A stretch of 21,353 bases of DNA from Aerosakkonema funiforme BLCC-F2 (GTDB lineage: Bacteria; Cyanobacteriota; Cyanobacteriia; Cyanobacteriales; Aerosakkonemataceae): NCBI RefSeq assembly GCF_041929185.1, contig NZ_JBHFNO010000043.1. One strand, given 5' to 3'. The position numbers and the translations under genes were made by a program. The notes under the pieces were generated by a model that was not told the DNA's origin, did not search any database, and was given only the letters and a program-made list of their open reading frames with translations. This document shows, one piece after another, positions 16,978 to 21,353 of this stretch (positions are counted from its first letter, which is position 1; every line of letters starts with the position of its first letter).

Positions 16978-17085
16978 GCAGATAAGAACGCTATTTTTTT
17001 ATGCAACCGATGCTACCAAACATCATATTAGATCCTCGCTGGGTGGGAGCGATCGCAACTCATTTTCATGGCATTAACTCATAAC

Positions 17086-17111
17086 TGTAGGGTGCTAATA
17101 CACACCCTACA
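17086..17111. terminator. Hairpin tgtagggtg-ctaataca-caccctaca downstream of the TerB-like gene
   Basis: The 9-bp perfect stem lies 57 nt past the minus-strand stop. No U-tract follows on the minus strand, and only a weak T-rich stretch follows on the plus strand. Confidence 0.2.
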
Positions 17112-17167
17112 TTAGTTTAATCAAAAATTGCCAGCCGGGATGACCGTGCAGTTTGCTGAATAAACTT

Positions 17168-17614
17168 CTAACCTTTGTTTTTTATCAGCATGACATCTAT
17201 AATTTTGACAGCAGTCTCTTCAGTTATTTCTAAAGCGCGATAGAGATCGTTCAAAAGTTTTTCTTCTTCTTCGGTGACTTCGCCATCTGCCAAAACGATA
17301 TCAGTTGCTACAGCAAAAGCTGTGTCTTTCAGTTCATCCGGAAGCGTAGACATTGCTGCATTAAACAGGGTTTCTGGGCCTTCCCTTTGCAAAATACCCA
17401 GGAGTCGATCGATCATTTTTCTCATTACGTCACCCGGATAGCTCCTAAACAGTTGCATCCGAGATAAAATAGTGCTAATGGCTTGCGCTTCCGAATCGGT
17501 AACGTAGCCGTCTGCCGCTACTGCAATCAATGCGATCGCCGCAAATGCTTCCGCTGGCCCTAGCGTTGTTTGGGTTTGCTTGCGACCGCCCGCTATTTTA
17601 TCGAACAAGCCCAT
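17168..17614 (-). CDS. TerB-like (tellurite-resistance TerB / DjlA N-terminal-like) domain protein
   Basis: The 148-aa protein has a helical composition with two repeats of the pattern x(A/I)(I/V)...ADG.V...E, giving ...AIALIAVAADGYVTDSEAQAI...AFAVATDIVLADGEVTEEEEKLL..., which is typical of TerB. Confidence 0.6.
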   Translation of the reverse strand: MGLFDKIAGGRKQTQTTLGPAEAFAAIALIAVAADGYVTDSEAQAISTILSRMQLFRSYPGDVMRKMIDRLLGILQREGPETLFNAAMSTLPDELKDTAFAVATDIVLADGEVTEEEEKLLNDLYRALEITEETAVKIIDVMLIKNKG

Positions 17615-17704
17615 TGTATTTTCCTCTTTCTGGTACTACGATCTCACTATTAGTAGCACATTTATCTCTATCACGTTATCAAAAAAAATTAATTTAATCT
17701 AAAA

Positions 17705-19027
17705 TTATCTATCCAAAGTTGCCAATTCTCCCTTCAGATAGTCAACAAATTGTTGAGCCGTTCTACCGGATCGTCCGTTGTGACGAGTTGCCCACTGGAG
17801 AGCGCGGTACTCCAAATTTTCTATAGGAAGAGTAATTCCAGCTTGCTCTGCCAAATGGCGCACAATTGTTAAATAAGTTTTTTGATCCGCAGGTTCAAAA
17901 GTGAGAGTAAGACCAAAGCGATCGCTAAACGAAAGCTTCTCCTGCACTGTATCCCAAGCATGAACTTCCTCATCGCTGGGAGTAGGTCGATCTTTAAAAA
18001 ATTCGCGAATCAAATGACGCCGATTGGAAGTAGCATAAACTACCACATTTTGAGGTCGAGCAGTTATATTCCCTTCCAGGACAACTTTAAGAGCCTTGAA
18101 AGCATCGTCATCTTCTTCAAACGATAGATCATCTACAAAAATGATAAACTTCTGCGGTACGTTCCGCAACAGTTCGACAATTTTTGATAAATCTTTCAAG
18201 TCAGATTTTGACACTTCGATGAGGCGGAGATTGCGATTGGCATACTCATTCAATAACCCCTTCACCAAAGAAGATTTTCCCGAACCGCGACTGCCGTAAA
18301 GCAACACATGAAGCGCTGGATAACCTAACAATAAAAACTCGGTATTTTTCATCAAAGCATCTCGCTGAGACTCATACCCCGCCAGTTCCTTGATTTTGAT
18401 GGGATCGGGGTGTGCAATGCCGAGCAACTGACCGGACTGCCAGCGCAATGCTTGATATTCAGACAAAATACCCGTACCGCACTCCCGGTAATAAGCGGCC
18501 AAATCTTCGACAGCATCTGCCCAATTATCCAGTTCTTGCAGAGAAGCGATCGCTTTTTTTTCTGCATCGGATAGATCGCTGATTTCATCTTGTTCTCGAT
18601 ACCAAACCACAGGTGCCAGCGGCAGTTTCGATGCTTCTTGTACCCAGCAACTAAGTTCCCCACCGTTGCATTCGTAAAGACTTTGCAATGCTTGTAAATC
18701 TTGCTGAACTGCTGCTACTAAAGCCGATGGTAAACTTGCGAAATCTTGCCGTTGCGCTTGCTGCGTAAACGGGTTATCGTTTCTGAGAATTTGCCAAATT
18801 AAATAATCCTGCCAACTTTTATTTGTGGCGGCTATCGCTTGGAACCACTTGCCATAAGCTTGCAAGTAAATCAGCCCTTCCGCATCCCAGCGTTTCAAAG
18901 CATCGAGTAGTTCCAGGAAAGCTATACCCGGTGGGTCGCTTAAAACCGATCGGTACAGCAACAACGACGCCGCTTGGCGTTGAAGGAATTGGATAGAGGA
19001 GAGATCTACTGTATCAAGAGAAGACAT
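17705..19027 (-). CDS. DUF815-type AAA-like ATPase (COG2607-like) with an N-terminal domain of about 220 aa of unknown function
   Basis: The C-terminal half has the Walker A motif LYGSRGSGKSSLVKGLL and the Walker B motif KFIIFVDDLSFEEDD, then ...VVYATSNRRHLI.... The N-terminal half matches nothing I recognise. Confidence 0.7.
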   Translation of the reverse strand: MSSLDTVDLSSIQFLQRQAASLLLYRSVLSDPPGIAFLELLDALKRWDAEGLIYLQAYGKWFQAIAATNKSWQDYLIWQILRNDNPFTQQAQRQDFASLPSALVAAVQQDLQALQSLYECNGGELSCWVQEASKLPLAPVVWYREQDEISDLSDAEKKAIASLQELDNWADAVEDLAAYYRECGTGILSEYQALRWQSGQLLGIAHPDPIKIKELAGYESQRDALMKNTEFLLLGYPALHVLLYGSRGSGKSSLVKGLLNEYANRNLRLIEVSKSDLKDLSKIVELLRNVPQKFIIFVDDLSFEEDDDAFKALKVVLEGNITARPQNVVVYATSNRRHLIREFFKDRPTPSDEEVHAWDTVQEKLSFSDRFGLTLTFEPADQKTYLTIVRHLAEQAGITLPIENLEYRALQWATRHNGRSGRTAQQFVDYLKGELATLDR

Positions 19028-19461
19028 GAGCTACAAAAGTCAATCATTCAAAAGTCACCGACTTGTGGGTTGAGTTAAAAATATTACCGCCGCACGAGCA
19101 TTCGTTAAAAAGTCAAAAGTCTCAAATGCTTTGAGCATCAGGGAAGCGAAAACGAACTACTGAAACTAACAAGTTGGGTTCGCCTGGGGTAAGGCCGCAC
19201 CTACATTGCCAGCTATCGCCCCTAATTTATAATATTTTAAGATGGCCTCAACTGGGGGATTTGCCTAATATTTTAAAGCAATTAGGGATACTCGCGGTAT
19301 ATCTCTGAGAATGTGTTTCAAAATTTAAGCTACTTTAAACACTAGAAGAATAGACATCTCCTCCAAAAGAATCTCAAAGGGCAGGCAGGATGGCTACCCC
19401 ACAAGAATTTTTGGAGATGTTTAATGGAAAATAGTCAGTTTTTACTCAAGCTACGTAAATT

Positions 19462-21353
19462 ATGCGATCGCTCCTCCCACTCCACCGACTGAAAATCCCC
19501 CTGCGACTCATCCTTGTCGTCCCCTTCGTGCTGCTGGTGGCGATCTCCGTAGGACTGACCAACTATTTTTCACTTCAGAATAGCCGCTTACAAGTGCAGC
19601 AACTGGCACACCAGTTGATGATGGAAGTTGCCGATCGCGTCCATCTATACCTAGATCACTACCTAGAACAACCTGACCAGATCGATCGCAGCAACACTAA
19701 CGCGGTACGTTTCGGCCAACTCGACCCCCAGAACATCAATGCTATAGAACGCTATCTGATTTGGCAAATCTCCAATTTCGATCACATTCAAAGTATTGTA
19801 TACGCCAACGAACAGGGAGATTTGAGAATCGTTAAATCCATCAAAGGTAAACGGACACTTCAGATAACAAACAGCCCCGATGTTAGAAAATTTGAACAGT
19901 ACGCCATTAACTCAAACGGTCAGCCATCTAAATTTATTAAAATGGGACAATATCCACAAACTTGGGATATTCGACAGCAGCACTGGTATAAATTAGCCAA
20001 ACAAAAAAAGAGAAAAATCTGGAATTCAGTCTACACATTAGGTGATGGCACAGACCTGAATATTAACGCCAGTTTACCAGTTTATGATGTCAATAAAAAA
20101 TTCATAGGAGTCTTTGAATTAAATTTAAATTTGAGCGGGTTAAATGATTTTATTAACCAATTGCAACTGCGGAATACAGGTGTTGTTTTCCTGATGGAAA
20201 ACAATGGCTCTCTCATTACCAGTTCGACAGATGAATTACCTTTTATTAAAACCAGCGATGGTAAATTTAAGCGAATTTTGGCAACTCAAAGTCAGAATCC
20301 CCTAATTCAAGCAGCCAGTCGTCATCTCACATCACAGTTTAATTTGAACGAGATCGATCGCCTTCAGCAGAGGGAATTTACCGAGAACGGGAAAACCTAT
20401 TTCTCCCAAGTACAACCATACAAAGATAAGTATGGCTTGAATTGGACGATCGTGACAGTTGTACCGAAGTCTGACTTCATGGCCAAGATCGATATTAATA
20501 CTCAATATACTATTCGGCTGACGGTATTGGCAGCGATAATAACAATCCTCCTGGGTATCCTAATTGCCAACCGGATTGCCCGTCCCATTCTCACCCTCAG
20601 CAAAACTTCAGCAGCAATTGCACAAGGCAATCTAAATGTACAAATTCCCGAACATTTGCCAGTGCGGGAACTCGATCGCATGGCGCGTTCTTTTAACCAG
20701 ATGACGCAGCAATTGCAGTCAGGTTTCGATCGCATCCAAACAAATTTGCGCGAATCAGAAGCAAAATTGAGCGATATTATTAACAGCCCGATCGCATCAA
20801 TTATCCAGCTGCGAATCTTCGCCAATGGAGATTGGAATATTGAGTATCTTTCCCGTGGCTGCGAAACTGTATTTGGTTATAACCCGCAAGAATTTTTAGA
20901 CGATAAATCCATCTGGATGTCAAGAATAGTGCCAGAAGATCTGGAAACTATAATTCTTCCTTTATTTAATGACGTTTTTGCCGAAAAAACTGTCAGTTTC
21001 GAGTATAGATTCAACCGCAAAGACGGGAGCTTGCGCTGGTTAGGAGCCAGATTGACCTCTAGATACGATCGAGAAGGCAATTGCTGGTTTGTCAATCAGT
21101 TCACCATTGATATTAGCGATCGCAAAACCTTAGAACGAGAACTTGCCTTCCGAGAAGCCCAACTGAATGTATTATTTAATTCTGCACCGCTCGGCATAAA
21201 TATTATTGATGACCGATTGCGGTTTGTCAAAGTGAACGAATCTATGGCAGAAATTAATGGTGTACCCATATCAGAGCATATCGGTAAAACAATAGGCGAT
21301 ATTTTACCTCGACTAGCTCCTATTGTCGAACCGATTTACCAACAAGTTCTTAC
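19462..21353 (+). CDS. Sensor protein, 5' partial: TM, periplasmic Cache-like domain, TM, HAMP, then at least two PAS domains. It is probably a histidine kinase or a c-di-GMP enzyme, and it continues past the window end
   Basis: The ORF is open from ATG 19462 (MRSLLPLHRLKIPLRLILVVPFVLLVAISVGL...) to the last base. A second TM (LTVLAAIITILLGILIA) is followed by HAMP (NRIARPILTLSKTSAAIAQGNLNVQIPE...MARSFNQMTQQLQ). PAS-like segments follow (...NREGNCWFVNQFTIDISDRKTLERELAF...). It is not in the supplied ORF track because there is no in-window stop. Confidence 0.8.
   Translation, partial: MRSLLPLHRLKIPLRLILVVPFVLLVAISVGLTNYFSLQNSRLQVQQLAHQLMMEVADRVHLYLDHYLEQPDQIDRSNTNAVRFGQLDPQNINAIERYLIWQISNFDHIQSIVYANEQGDLRIVKSIKGKRTLQITNSPDVRKFEQYAINSNGQPSKFIKMGQYPQTWDIRQQHWYKLAKQKKRKIWNSVYTLGDGTDLNINASLPVYDVNKKFIGVFELNLNLSGLNDFINQLQLRNTGVVFLMENNGSLITSSTDELPFIKTSDGKFKRILATQSQNPLIQAASRHLTSQFNLNEIDRLQQREFTENGKTYFSQVQPYKDKYGLNWTIVTVVPKSDFMAKIDINTQYTIRLTVLAAIITILLGILIANRIARPILTLSKTSAAIAQGNLNVQIPEHLPVRELDRMARSFNQMTQQLQSGFDRIQTNLRESEAKLSDIINSPIASIIQLRIFANGDWNIEYLSRGCETVFGYNPQEFLDDKSIWMSRIVPEDLETIILPLFNDVFAEKTVSFEYRFNRKDGSLRWLGARLTSRYDREGNCWFVNQFTIDISDRKTLERELAFREAQLNVLFNSAPLGINIIDDRLRFVKVNESMAEINGVPISEHIGKTIGDILPRLAPIVEPIYQQVL

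Noticed and set aside
16650-17006. A 118-aa minus-strand ORF overlapping the small membrane protein and the decamer repeats
   Set aside because: It runs through the tandem 10-bp repeats and has no motifs. The + strand ORF is supported by the ATGA coupling, although neither call is certain.
17882-18663. ORFs inside or antisense to the DUF815 ATPase (17882..18127, 18096..18299, 18352..18663)
   Set aside because: They overlap a 440-aa gene with clear Walker A and Walker B motifs.
20502-21095. Minus-strand ORFs 20502..20825 and 20877..21095
   Set aside because: They are antisense to the long open sensor-protein frame.

Overview
This 21.3 kb window looks like chromosomal DNA from a cyanobacterium. 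I count at least 14 copies of the HIP1 octamer GCGATCGC by eye (perhaps 15; roughly 0.3 expected by chance), and there are several STRR-like heptanucleotide tandem arrays. Gene content is dominated by housekeeping genes. Reading left to right: the 3' part of an IS200/IS605-family tnpB (OrfB) gene cut by the window edge, with GNRA-capped hairpins at its 3' end that fit a right-end/omegaRNA region. Next is a pentapeptide-repeat protein (-). Next is a DUF433/DUF5615 pair that looks like a toxin-antitoxin module (+). Then leucyl aminopeptidase PepA (-), a TPR plus SLT-domain lytic transglycosylase (+), and TatC (+). Then a small antitoxin plus a RelE/ParE-type toxin pair (+). A compact phylloquinone (men) cluster follows: menF-menD on the minus strand, divergent from menA-menC-menE on the plus strand, with a convergent hotdog DHNA-CoA thioesterase. 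After it come a Uma2-family PD-(D/E)XK endonuclease with a translationally coupled small two-TM protein, a TerB-like protein and a DUF815 AAA-type ATPase (both -), and finally the 5' part of a Cache-HAMP-PAS sensor protein that runs off the window end. That last ORF is absent from the supplied ORF track because it has no in-window stop. I saw no rRNA, tRNA or CRISPR array. Nothing here is a clearly complete novel multi-gene system. The most unusual points are an STRR heptamer array embedded in frame inside menD, an unexpected structured element with two perfect 10-bp hairpins in the divergent menF/menA promoter region, a telomere-like G4-prone (CCCCTAA)n/14-mer repeat between convergent genes, and several small coupled gene pairs (Uma2 + membrane peptide, DUF815 + TerB) whose functions are open.
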